DNA of 64,000 bases from Eutreptiella sp. 'Long Island Sound 2002'. Its lineage: Eukaryota; Protista; Euglenida. This document shows positions 47,005 through 57,530 of the stretch, one piece after another (positions within the stretch are counted from its first letter, which is position 1; every line of letters starts with the position of its first letter). Made by a program: the position numbers and the translations under genes. The notes beneath the pieces were generated by a model, which ran no database searches, was not told where the DNA came from, and saw only the letters and a program-made list of their open reading frames with translations. The stretch is taken from contig OZ038378.1 of the NCBI GenBank assembly GCA_964036045.1, positions 24,304,001-24,368,000 on the forward strand. Direction: 5' to 3'.

Positions 47005-47469
47005 GGGTGGGCGGGCTTTCAACTGGGGGGGGGGGGGGTCGATAGAGCCCCCTGGCTAGGACCCCCCAAAAAAAGGCTCAATTGACGGGCCCCCCCCAAA
47101 ATCCTACAGAGGCTGGCCCCCAGGCCCCGGAGGTGGCCCGGACCCGAAATTCGGCAAAAAATGAAAATGGGATTTTTGGAATCAGCCCGTCGAGGGGGTT
47201 CAGAAAAGTCATCATTTGCCATGACGCAATCATGATTCCACTGCAACGGTTCGAATGTCATTGAAATTGCTATGTACAGGCGGCATGTATTTGCTGGGGG
47301 AAAAAATTGACCATTTTCAATGCTCAAAAAAATTGTCGGCGCCTTTGGCGCCGCACTTCATAATCACTGTTTACTGGTCCTGTCAATTGAGCCCTTTTCC
47401 CAACCCGCCCCCCCTTTTGGGGGGCTCTATTGACCCCCCCCCCCCCCCAAGTTGAAAACCCGCCATCCC
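47005..47469. mobile_element. Tourist/Harbinger-like MITE with long TIRs, inside the PRMT6 intron
   Basis: Left gggtgggcgggctttcaactgggg...gtcgatagagcccc is inverted against right ggggctctattgacccc...agttgaaaacccgccatccc; TSD TTG (47002-47004 and 47470-47472). Confidence 0.88.
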
Positions 47470-49074
47470 TTGCATAAAAATACTATCAGCTGCACTGGCA
47501 GGACAAGGGATTGCCACCAAAACCAGTCAACAGGAGAAATTAGTCACACAGTGCGTGGAATTCTGTGCTATGCAGGTAAACCTCCCCCACCCGGCCCCGC
47601 TAAGGTTTGGAAGAGTCCTTCGTGCACTCTGTGCCCATTGGGCCTGGATGGCTGTTGTTGGTCAAGGGGAGGCTTATGAACCCCTTGCCCTAGTGGAGCC
47701 GAGGACTGGTTGCTGATTCGCTGTTCCGATGCATTCGGGCCAAGAAGACTCTTTAATGATCTGGTGCCTAGGGCCCTCCTTCATGGGCAATGCACCCAAA
47801 CAATCATAGAGCAGTGTTATACTACCAATGTGGGGCTGCACAGGAGGGAACTTCAGCATCTTGGACATCAGCAACGTGATTGTTGAATAGGTGTACTCAG
47901 GCTTCTGCTTAATCAGGGGTTAGCAGGGAACGCAAATGTTTGTCTGCCCATGATGGATTGAAAAACTTCATCTTTGCTGTCTATAAATCTGTGGCTGGAG
48001 GCGGGGGAAGGGGGGGAGGTAGGTGGGATCAAAGGGAGGGGGAAGGTACTTACACCCGCAGCTCACTGAGGAATCATTCTGAAAAACTTACCTTGAACCC
48101 TGCATTGGCTATGGTCATGTGTTGTAAGGTAGGTATTGATGGAGGCTTTGCAAGTCAGAATGCAGTGTCAGCGTTCAGGGCTTGGCTCGGGTGGTGATGC
48201 CCAGCAAGGACACTCCACCCCCCTGTACGGTGGGCTGTCGATGGGTGAGTGGTTGCAGGAGAGTGGTGGTGCCCGTTCATGGAGGCACCGTGACGATGCC
48301 CCAACCACCAATTTCATGGATTTGGCATGCCGGGCAATTCTGCCGCACCCCACGGGCACATATCTCTGCCAAACCGAAGAGTCCAAACGGAACAGATGGT
48401 GCACCCAATGGATCTAGTGAGCAGGGCCTCCCCCGGAGGGTGACAAGCGCCCACAAAGGTCGACAAAGAGGGTGGCAATGCCGTGTCAAGTGACCTGACA
48501 CCAAAAGACAATGACGTGCAAACGCTACCCCCCCCCTCCCCCATTCCCAGGCATTCTCTGCTCTGCCTCTCTCTTTTAAGTTCTCTAAAGCTTCACTGGG
48601 TTTTGAGTTGTAGTCCACATGCAGTTATTCGTGGCCCTTCAGGTCAAATGAGGCACCAGAAGGCAGTGCGCACTTCCCATCTCTTTCCCTGGCTAATGTG
48701 GCGCCCCCCCCCCCTCCTGACGCACGCTGCCCTCAAAAAGTTAAAAACGGGTGGGAGAGTCGTTACGGTCTCGGATTCCCACTGTAATGCAATCGCACAA
48801 CTGGAGAGGGTCCTGGAGGACGTTTGGATTGAATTTTGACCACATTTACTACTCCCACGTCCACCTACATGGCAGCAAAGCAACATGAGGAATGCCCACC
48901 CCCCCACACCTCTGCGCGTGTCATGGGACTTTCAATGACAAAAAATTGGTTCGAAAGAAAGGGTCAACAATGTGTTGAAAGTATCCTCGACCCATTGAGA
49001 TCCTCAAACACATGTTTCCAAGCCACTTTGATGCCATTCAGGTTCAGAACTGGCAATCAAGTGTGATACAGTCA

Positions 49075-49800
49075 AGAGTACCCGACCATACCCAAGGCAT
49101 ACTCAGGCGTGCCCAAGAGGAGATGCACAAGGTGTATGCAGCTGCATCCAATGTGTGCGCAGTGGCTCCTGCGGGTATCTCGGGGGTACCTGGGCGTATC
49201 CGGCCGCACCAAACGCGTACCTGGATGCACTGTCTTGGGTACCGTGTACGTCCACGCCAGCCTGAGGCATTGGATACGCCCGGGGGGTCCCAGCGGGAGC
49301 TGAGGTACAACAACAAGTCAATGCTGTTGTTTCCAAAGCAGCCCGGGTGCAAGCAGCCAATGCGAGCAGCAGCAGTACCGGCAGCAGCAGTTGCAGGAGG
49401 ACCAGCAGTCGCGTGCACCAGCAAATCATCAACTTAATCAGCCCCCGCCCAAAAGTCAAGAACCAGTCGTAGCCCTCATCTCCCAGTAACAGTGGCAACA
49501 GCCAAGAACAGTGGCCACCGGATATACCAGTGCCACACAGCGGCGGAACATACGCCCATGGATGACGCATGCACGCCCACCTGCGGTTTGGGTCCGCCCA
49601 GGTGCGCCTCGCGGAAGTGTGCATCTTGCAGCACCTTGGGTACGCCTTCGGTAACGCTCGGTACGCAGAGGTCCGCCTACGCCTTGGGTATACCCGGGTA
49701 CGCCCGGCTGCGCCTTGGTACCAGGCGCTCGGTACAGCTTGGGTATGCCCATGTGCGCTCTGGTGCACGAGGGTGTACTCAGGCGTACCGAGGCTTGGTC
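49075..49800. repeat. Region of degenerate tacccaaggc/gccttgggta motifs in inverted arrangement (foldback-like)
   Basis: atacccaaggc at 49088-49098 is the exact reverse complement of gccttgggtat at 49681-49691, and many gtacc/ggtac variants occur in both arms. Boundaries are unclear. Confidence 0.4.
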
Positions 49801-50412
49801 CCGGACATGGGGTCTCTTACTTTTCAAGATGCTCCAACATCGAATGACTGGTTGTCAGCTCCAACTAATCTCTGCCACACTGGCAGAAAACGCTTGTCCA
49901 TGGTGCACCCATGACAAGGGCTACTGTGGATACAGGTACGGGGGGTGGGGGGGGGGGGGTGCCTTAAACGGTGTGTGCGGGTGGTAGTTCTGGGTGTGCA
50001 CACTGACTTGGTTTTTCAGGAGGAAATTGTTTGCATCGATTGCCCCAAGCCACTGGGGGAAAGTATTTTCAATGGGTGAGAGCGGGACAGTTGTCCAGCT
50101 GCTCACAAGTGCTGCTTCTGCCCCTTGACATCCCTCCCACGCCGGTGCCGGCCAGGCTTCACACAAAGTCATTCCCATAATAGTGAAATTTGGCGAGTGC
50201 TCAACACCACGTCTGATGTGGGAAATGTGACTGTGCAATGTGCAGAGGTGGGGGGGGGGTCTTCGAGAGCTTCATACCCAGCCAGGCAGCCCAACGCCGA
50301 CCCGTCCAGCGAGCCCCTGGATTGTGAAATAGGTCTGCCCCTGACAGAACAGCCGAGGTACCCCCATTGCACACCATTTCAAAGGCATGGGCACACGGGA
50401 ATCAGGTGGGAC

Positions 50413-51177
50413 CTTGAAATTCTGCACCTCTTCAATGGTGCAATTGCGGCAGTCAATAAACTTAATGATTTCCGGAAAGGCAAAGCACTGGAACGGGTGC
50501 ACTGTGTCGATGATCACGTTGTCAAATGCGCAGTGTTTGGCGTGGTCGAAGAGGCTGCTCATGCTCGCGCCATAGACCGACTGCCAAAATAAGACGCGGT
50601 CGCTGTAGTACTGGTCGTCGGTCAGGGGACACAAATACAGCACCGCGTGGGAGGGGAACAGGATCCCCTCCGGCACAAGCCAGCGATCGCGCGCCAACAG
50701 CACGGACTCCAACATTGACTCATAATACAAGAAATACCCCATCCACTCGGAGATGATCACATGCGCGGCCACAGGAAGGCCAAGGCTGTCCTCGAGCTCG
50801 ATATCCTCGACCTTCCCATGCACTACGGTCACAGTGCCCTCCAGCCCATTCTCCTTCACCACGTTCCTCGCATGCTCCGCCATCCCGGAGGCTTCGATGG
50901 CGTACACATGCTTCGCCCCGGCCCACGCGCAGAAGATGGACAGGATCCCCGTTCCACACCCAACGTCGATGACAACCTTGTTCTGGAAACGAGCCTTGTG
51001 GTGCATGATTGCGTTGTAGTAGCCCTCAGTGCGCACGGTGTCACGCAGCATTGCCTCGTGGATGCCGAGCATTGCGTAACTGTCAAAGTACAGCTTTTCC
51101 CCATCTGGATCCTCCTTTCCCCCTCTGAGAGAACATGGGCTTGGGCTCTCGGTCCTTTGGCGCTTGCGGCTATCCAT
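50413..51177 (-). CDS. PRMT6: Type I protein arginine methyltransferase (PRMT6-like), exon 1
   Basis: ATG at 51177 (MDSRKRQR). YFDSY...HEAML.D.VRT, VIDVGCGTGILS (motif I), YAIEAS, IISEWMGYFLYYESML (double-E loop), FWQSVYGASMS...AKHCAF. Donor AAG|gtccca at 50413, giving a 3994-bp GT-AG intron and a 514-aa product. Confidence 0.93.
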
Positions 51178-52172
51178 TTGCAGTGATGCCCGGCAACCAA
51201 ACACAACAGGGACTTGGAGGCGAAGAGGCAGGAGCTGGATGTGCTTTGGCAACAGGGAAGTGATTGCGGGCACTCAAGCACTACTCCCAGGAAAGTAACT
51301 GTGAAAGCGTATCCCCAACAACCACCGACCGCACCAGCCCAGCCGGCCCAAGCCCGCTAACCTCATACCAGCCACACCACAACACACAAAACAAAATAGT
51401 TGATAGCGCAGGCCACAAACTCAAGGCGGCATTCAGTACTAAAGCAGGATGCCTTGTGTTGCTTAGGAAGACAGTGAAAGAAACGCTCTGTTTGAGCTGG
51501 GGCGACAGGGAAATGTTCATAGCTCAGTCCTGCACCCCCCACCCCACATACACACATCCTATGTGTTTTCTGGTGGTGGGGGGGGTTCATGTGAAATATG
51601 CAAACAACCTGTTTTGATGTCATGACCTCCATGGACGTTCTTGGGATGTAACATCTTCCATGGAAATTCTTGCAATACAACAAGTCTCATGGAGGTCCTC
51701 AGGATGCATGGGGTTCTTTGGATACAGCACCTGAGTGGGGGATGCTTAGCTTGGGGATTTGTGGTGCTGGTCCTGGTCATTTTTGTGTGGCAGCTTATTC
51801 GGGCTGGCAATGACGTTGTGTGGTGGTAGAGGCTTTGTCTGAACTCTCTGCGTGTCTGGTTTGTTTGGTCTGGTTTTGGGTCAGAATCAGGTGGCGGTGG
51901 GGGTGTGAAGCGCCGGATACTTAGCTTACATATACCCCCGGGACACAGGTATGCAGTCATCGCTTATAAGATCAGTGCCCCATATTGCCTTGAGTTCACT
52001 GCTACCAGCCACTAACGAATATTTCATGGGCTGGCCGGTCAGCTCGTCCCCCTCCCTCGGTGCCGGCCAGCAATCTTACCTCGAAAACCTCGGGCGTCTT
52101 GGCGAGAATACTTCAGGCACAGAGCCGTCACTGGACGACTCGTCATCTGTGACCCGGGACCCCGCTGAGACA

Positions 52173-52420
52173 TCAATCTGAATATTCATCGGGCATCTCC
52201 TCTAGCCCCAGCTCTGCCCAAATGTCAGCCACTGCCTTATGCGCTGTCACTTGGTGCAGCGAAGCTTTTGCTCCTTTCACTGCCTGTTGATCAGCTCTCT
52301 CATTACCCTCCATCCCCGCATGTGATAGGACCCGTTGGACACTAACACTGTCTCCCAGCAACAGCCAGCTGTCCCAGAGCTGCACCCACAAATCAGTATG
52401 CGACAGGGCCTCTCGGAATC
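52173..52420 (-). mobile_element. RNase H C-terminal fragment of the same non-LTR family as 10054-13820
   Basis: LSHTDLWVQLWDSWLLLGDSVSVQRVLSHAGMEGNERADQQAVKGA...HKAVADIWAELGLEEMPDEYSD aligns with LSHVNLWSEVWERWLLLGDSMSIRWVPSHV..GNKHVDRQAAKGA...HKAVTEFRADLGPEERPDEYLD at about 13590-13820. Confidence 0.8.
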
Positions 52421-53800
52421 CCACCCGGCGTCGGGGGGGGGGGGATAAAGGGTAAGCAAGTGGGGGGTACAGGGAGAACAACTCGTATTGACTCAACATC
52501 AGTGTCCTTGAATCCCTTCCCATACCTTCTCAAGGCAATGCTCAGCATATGCAGGTCCGCAATCATACATTGGGCGCAGTGCAAGACATCATACAGCCTG
52601 AATACACACTTCTCCCAAACTTATCCGCCGGGGTTCCTGGTTCTGAGTCACTGTGTGGGCACTCATTGCTTTTTGGTTGACCCCAACAAGGTGGCAATGT
52701 CGGCAAGCGCTTCGGGATAGGTGGAATCTGTACTACAACTACAACTGAGGAGGTTTGGGAGGAACATGTGGTGTGCTTGCTGGGTTGTGGTCTGTCACAT
52801 GAAAAGCCACCACCCATTCTTCGAAGGCGACGTTGTAGGGTTGCAGGGTGTCAGCCAACAGTTGAGCAACATCCACCAAATTTAGGCTCGCCGCCGCACC
52901 AGTAATGTCCACCAACAGTCAGGCTTACATCCACACTACCTGAGTAACTTCCACTGAACGTTAGGCTTACATTCGCAACAGACAAATAACAAGGTTCTCC
53001 CAGGCTCTGTGGCCAAATTGGGGTACAAGGGGGGGCGAGTGTGCGGCAGTGGTGTATCGTGCTACTGGACAGTGGCATGCGGTGCGATGGGACAGGGGTG
53101 CGCAGCGTTGTGTGACAGTGCCATGTGGTGCTGAGAGACAGTGGTACGCAGTGCATTGGAAAGTGCTGAATGACGGTGGTATTTGATGCTGTTTGACTGT
53201 TGCCGCCGGCTCACCTTTTTTCTGCATGTTTGAATTCCCCATCCACTTCTGACATTATTGAGTATATACACATGGGATGAACAAAGAACTACGGAAAATG
53301 ACTTCCTGCAGTGTCTGAAATAAAATTTTTAGGCACCAACAATAGTCTGGTTCAAGGTGGTAGATAGCACCACAAGGGGGAGCAGCAGTATTGAGGATGG
53401 GTCTTGAGAACTTGGACAATGCGGCTTGGTAATGATGGTTGGGATCAGCTGTTCCACTCACCGAATTTTTTTCCTCCCATTAATGACAGACATTACGTTG
53501 CCATTTGCTCTCCCTCCACACCAATTGGACCAATCGTTCGGAGTTGGGGATTCCAATTTGCAATGTTGGCTAAGGCTGTAAGGCAACTAGCAGCCTGTAG
53601 AGGAATGTACAACCACGCGCCCCAACTGCCATTGTTTCTCATGGTGCTTTGCTCCTCTCAGCCCGGGTATGCACGAAAAAATCACATTTGCGCAGTCATG
53701 TACCCGCGCAGTGCAGTGTCTCATAAATCATTATGCAACAACACAGAAAATGCCGCGTGCCGTCTCAGGCCCCCGAAGTGTGGTGGGGCCCGGGCCATAG

Positions 53801-54323
53801 GGGGGCGCCTTAAGCGCAATGCGCGTGCAGCGCAACTATTTGGGTGTCTGGCCGAAGTAGAAACCCATACTTTGTGGTGCTTTGGGGACACTTTGGTGTG
53901 GCCCCTAGAGTTGGGGATACGGACTCCCACGCTTCGGTGTGGCCCCTTGAGTTGGGGATACGGACTCCCACGTTTCGGTGTGGCCCCTTGAGTTGGGGAT
54001 ACGGACTCCCACGCTTCTTTAATTCTGCAATTGTGTCATGTTGTGCACACAAGTTGCGTGTTCTCAATTTGCACTTAGTTGACATTGGAACAAAAAGACA
54101 CTTGTGTGTTGTTGAGGGTGGCAACCAATGCGCTGTTCATAGCTTTGCTAGTTGTGCATGATGTGTGTTATGTGAAGGGAAGGTAGTTTGCAACTTTTTT
54201 GAGCTGGGGCAGTTTGGGTCACCTAATTCTCAGGGCGTTTCCAAGGGGTGTCCCTAGGGGCTCATCGGGGGGAACATAGTCTAAAAGTAGCGCACAGTGC
54301 GCACGCAGTGCAAGGATTCCCCC
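53801..54323. mobile_element. PIF/Harbinger-like MITE, 523 bp, same family as 34722-35813
   Basis: Tips ggggg / ccccc; TSD TAG (53798-53800 and 54324-54326). The reverse complement of the right end (gggggaa..ttgc-16nt-gcgctactttt..actat) matches the 34722 tip, and the left end matches the reverse complement of 35670-35743. Confidence 0.8.
53895..54017. repeat. 41-bp tandem repeat x3 inside the MITE
   Basis: ggtgtggccccttgagttggggatacggactcccacgcttc starts at 53895, 53936 and 53977. Confidence 0.93.
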
Positions 54324-54449
54324 TAGAGCAACGCCAACATCCAACATGTGGTATGGGCTGCCTCACAACAGTCACCAGCGAAACTCCAACGATTCCCAAC
54401 ACTGCGGGCAGTGAAGGTAGGTCAGCCACATTGTTTGACCGAGACCGCA

Positions 54450-54770
54450 CGCCTCGTTTAACGAGGCGCACGGGGGGGGGGGGGGGAGTTTGGCGCTAAC
54501 GAGGCACACGGGGGGGGGGAGTTTGGCGCTAACAAGGCGCACGGGGGGGGGGGGGGGGGATTGGCGCTAACGAGGCGCACGGGGGGGGGGGGGGTTGGCG
54601 CTAACGAGGCGCACGGGGGGGGGGGGTTGCGAACGTGGCGCGCGGGGGGGGGGGGGTTGGCGCTAACGAGGCGCGCGGGGGGGGGTTTGGCGCTAACGAG
54701 GCGCGCGGGGGGGGGGGGGATTGGCGCGCTAACGAGGCGCACGGGGTTGGGGGGGTTGGCACTCACGAGA
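54450..54770. repeat. Satellite array A1: ggcgctaacgaggcgcacg + poly-G, about 9 units
   Basis: Direct reading. Starts with the palindrome cgcctcgtt-t-aacgaggcg at 54450-54468. Confidence 0.93.
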
Positions 54771-54779
54771 CGTGTAGTC

Positions 54780-55392
54780 CGCATACAAGTCCGTGCATAC
54801 ACAAGGCAGTGCACATACAAGCCGGTGCATACACAAGGCGGTGCACACACAAGGCGGTGCACACAAAAGGCGGTCTGTAGCCACCGCAGGAGTCTTGTTA
54901 TTTAAGGGGCCACAGGCAAGGCGGTACACACACAAGGCGGTGCACACAAAAGGCGGTCTGTAGCCACCGCAGGAGTCTTGTTATTAAAGGGGCCACAGGC
55001 AAGGCGGTACACACAAAAGGCGGTATACACACAAGGTGGTGCACACAAAAGGCGGTCTGTAGCCACCGCAGGAGTCTTGTTATTTAAGGGGCCACAGGCA
55101 AGGCGGTACACACACAAGGCGGTGCACACAAAAGGCGGTCTGTAGCCACCGCAGGAGTCTTGTTATTTAAGGGGCCACAGGCAAGGCGGTGCACACACAA
55201 GGCGGTGCACACAAAAGGCGGTCTGTAGCCACCGCAGGAGTCTTGTTATTTAAGGGGCCACAGGCAAGGCGGTGCACATAGAAGGCGGTACACACACAAG
55301 GCGGTGCACACAAAAGGCGGTCTGTAGCCACCGCAGGAGTCTTGTTATTTGAGGGGCCACAGGCAAGGCGGTACACACACAAGGCGGTGCAC
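54780..55392. repeat. Satellite array B: 83/100-bp higher-order unit built on 17-bp aaggcggtRcacacac subunits, 6 copies
   Basis: The core aggcggtctgtagccaccgcaggagtcttgttatt recurs at about 54868, 54951, 55050, 55133, 55216 and 55316; spacings of 83 or about 100 differ by one subunit. Confidence 0.93.
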
Positions 55393-56520
55393 AGGGGGGG
55401 GGGGGGGTTTGGCACGCTAACGAGGCGCACGGGGGGGGGGGTTTGGCGCTAACGAGGCGCACGGGGGGGGTTTTGGCGCGGGGGGGGTTTGGCGCTAACG
55501 AGGCGCACGGGGGGGGGGGGGGAGTTCGGCGCTAACGAGGCGCACGCGGGGGGGGGGGGGTTGGCGCTAACGAGGCGCACGGGGGGGGGGGGGAGTTTGG
55601 CGCTAACGAGGCGCACGGGGGGGGGGGTTTGGCGCTAATGAGGCGCACGGGGGGGGGGGGAGTTTGGCGCTAACGAGGCGCACGGGGGGGGGGGGGGAGT
55701 TTGGCGCTAACGAGGCGCACGGGGGGGGGGGGGGGAGTTCGGCGCTAACAAGGCGCACGCGGGGGGGGGGGGTTGGCGCTAACGAGGCGCACGGGGGGGG
55801 GGGGGGAGTTTGGCGCTAACGAGGCGCACGTGGGGGGGGGGGGGGTTGGCGCTAATGAGGCGCACGGGGGGGGGGGGGGAGTTTGGCGCTAACGAGGCGC
55901 ACGGGGGGGGGGGGGGGGGAGTTTGGCGCTAACGAGGCGCACGGGGGGGGGGGGGAGTTTGGCGCTAACGAGGCGCACGGGGGGGGGGGGAGTTTGGCGC
56001 TAATGAGGCGCACGGGGGGGGGGGGGGGAGTTTGGCGCTAACGAGGCGCACGGGGGGGGGGGGAGTTTGGCGCTAACGAGGCGCACGGGAGGGGGGGGGT
56101 TTGGCGCTAACGAGGCGCACGGGGGGGGGGGGGGTTTGGCGCTAACGAGGCGCACGGGGGGGTTTTTGGCGCGGGGGGGGTTTGGCGCTAACGAGGCGCA
56201 CGGGGGGGGGGGGAGTTCGGCGCTAACGAGGCGCACGCGGGGGGGGGGGGGTTGGCGCTAACGAGGCGCACGGGGGGGGGGGGGAGTTTGGCGCTAACGA
56301 GGCGCACGGGGGGGGGGGGGGAGTTTGGCGCTAATGAGGCGCACGGGGGGGGGGGGGGAGTTTGGCGCTAACGAGGCGCACGGGGGGGGGGGGGGGTTGG
56401 CGCTAACGAGGCGCACGGGGGGGGGGGGAGTTTGGCGCTAACGAGGCGCACGGGAGGGGGGGGGTTTGGCGCTAACGAGGCGCACGCCGAGCCCAATTTG
56501 CGCCTCGTATAACGAGGCGC
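55393..56520. repeat. Satellite array A2: ggcgctaacgaggcgcacg + poly-G, about 30 units
   Basis: Direct count of about 30 cores. Ends with the palindrome gcgcctcgt-ata-acgaggcgc at 56500-56520. Confidence 0.95.
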
Positions 56521-57199
56521 GCAGTTTCAGCCAAACACTCGTCAGCCATGAAAATGCTAGAGAGGACCACGGGTGGGTGATTGATCGTTTGAGAGTGTGC
56601 TCATGTGGCACTCCCCTGGCCTTGAATCTGCGAGCAAATGGGGGTGGGGTACCATAATGCACCAAAGACATACCCTGCTACCATTCTGCAGCCTCTACTC
56701 AGCAGCCATTCCCTTGCGCCAAGCAGTGCTTCACCTGGAAGCACAGGTGTTGTGTACTGCACATTGCGGGTGGGGACTTCCTCTTCATCCCCAGCGTGTT
56801 CGAAGGCCAGAACACTGTTTGCCCCAGTCCCAAACAGAAAACTGTGCTACAGTTGCACCTCTGAATGCCTCTGGCGCTGGGAGAGCGGGGATCGAGACAC
56901 AGGTCGGCGATAGTCAGAGTACTGGTGCTAACGACAGTACTCCGGACTGTGTGACCTACGCCAGCCAGGCAAGCGAGACCGTGCATATCTCCTAGAGGGA
57001 GTTGTTGCATTGCGCGTGCCCCATGCGTGCACTGTGTGCGCACTGTGGCAACTATTGTGGTCAAACACTAATGAAGCATCTCAAGATGCACCCACCCCAA
57101 CAGCCCATAGAACCCCAAAACAGCTTAGTTGCAAGCACAAGACCTGTCTTCCTTGGTTTTTTTTATGGTTGCCAATAACTCTAGGAGACATCTAGGTAG

Positions 57200-57530
57200 T
57201 TTTTGTTGTTTCCTGGAGGCCTCTTGATGGTTGTAGTTATCACCAGGAGGCTCTTGGATTGGCAGCTATCTCCTGCGGCCTTTTGGATGGTTGCTGTCAT
57301 TTCCTGTAGCCTTTTGGATGGTTGCTGCTATTTCCTGGAGACTTGTGGATGGTGGAGGGTTGCTATTTTTTCCTGCGGCTTTTTGAATGGTTCCTATAAT
57401 TGCCTAGAGGCTTCTAGATGGTGGCTGTTATTGCCTAGATCCCTCGGGATTGTTGCTATTTTTTTCATGGAGGCTTTTGGATGGTTGCTAATTTTTCGTG
57501 TGGCCTTCTGGATGGTTCCTATTTTTTCTT
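57200..57530. repeat. Degenerate tandem repeat of about 30 bp (tcctgcggccttttggatggttgctattt-like), about 10 copies
   Basis: Recurring ttYtRgatggttgct / ggatggttcct cores at roughly 30-bp spacing. Confidence 0.75.

Noticed and set aside
54450-56520. CRISPR array
   Set aside because: The spacers are poly-G homopolymers rather than unique sequences, there are no cas genes, and the context is eukaryotic.
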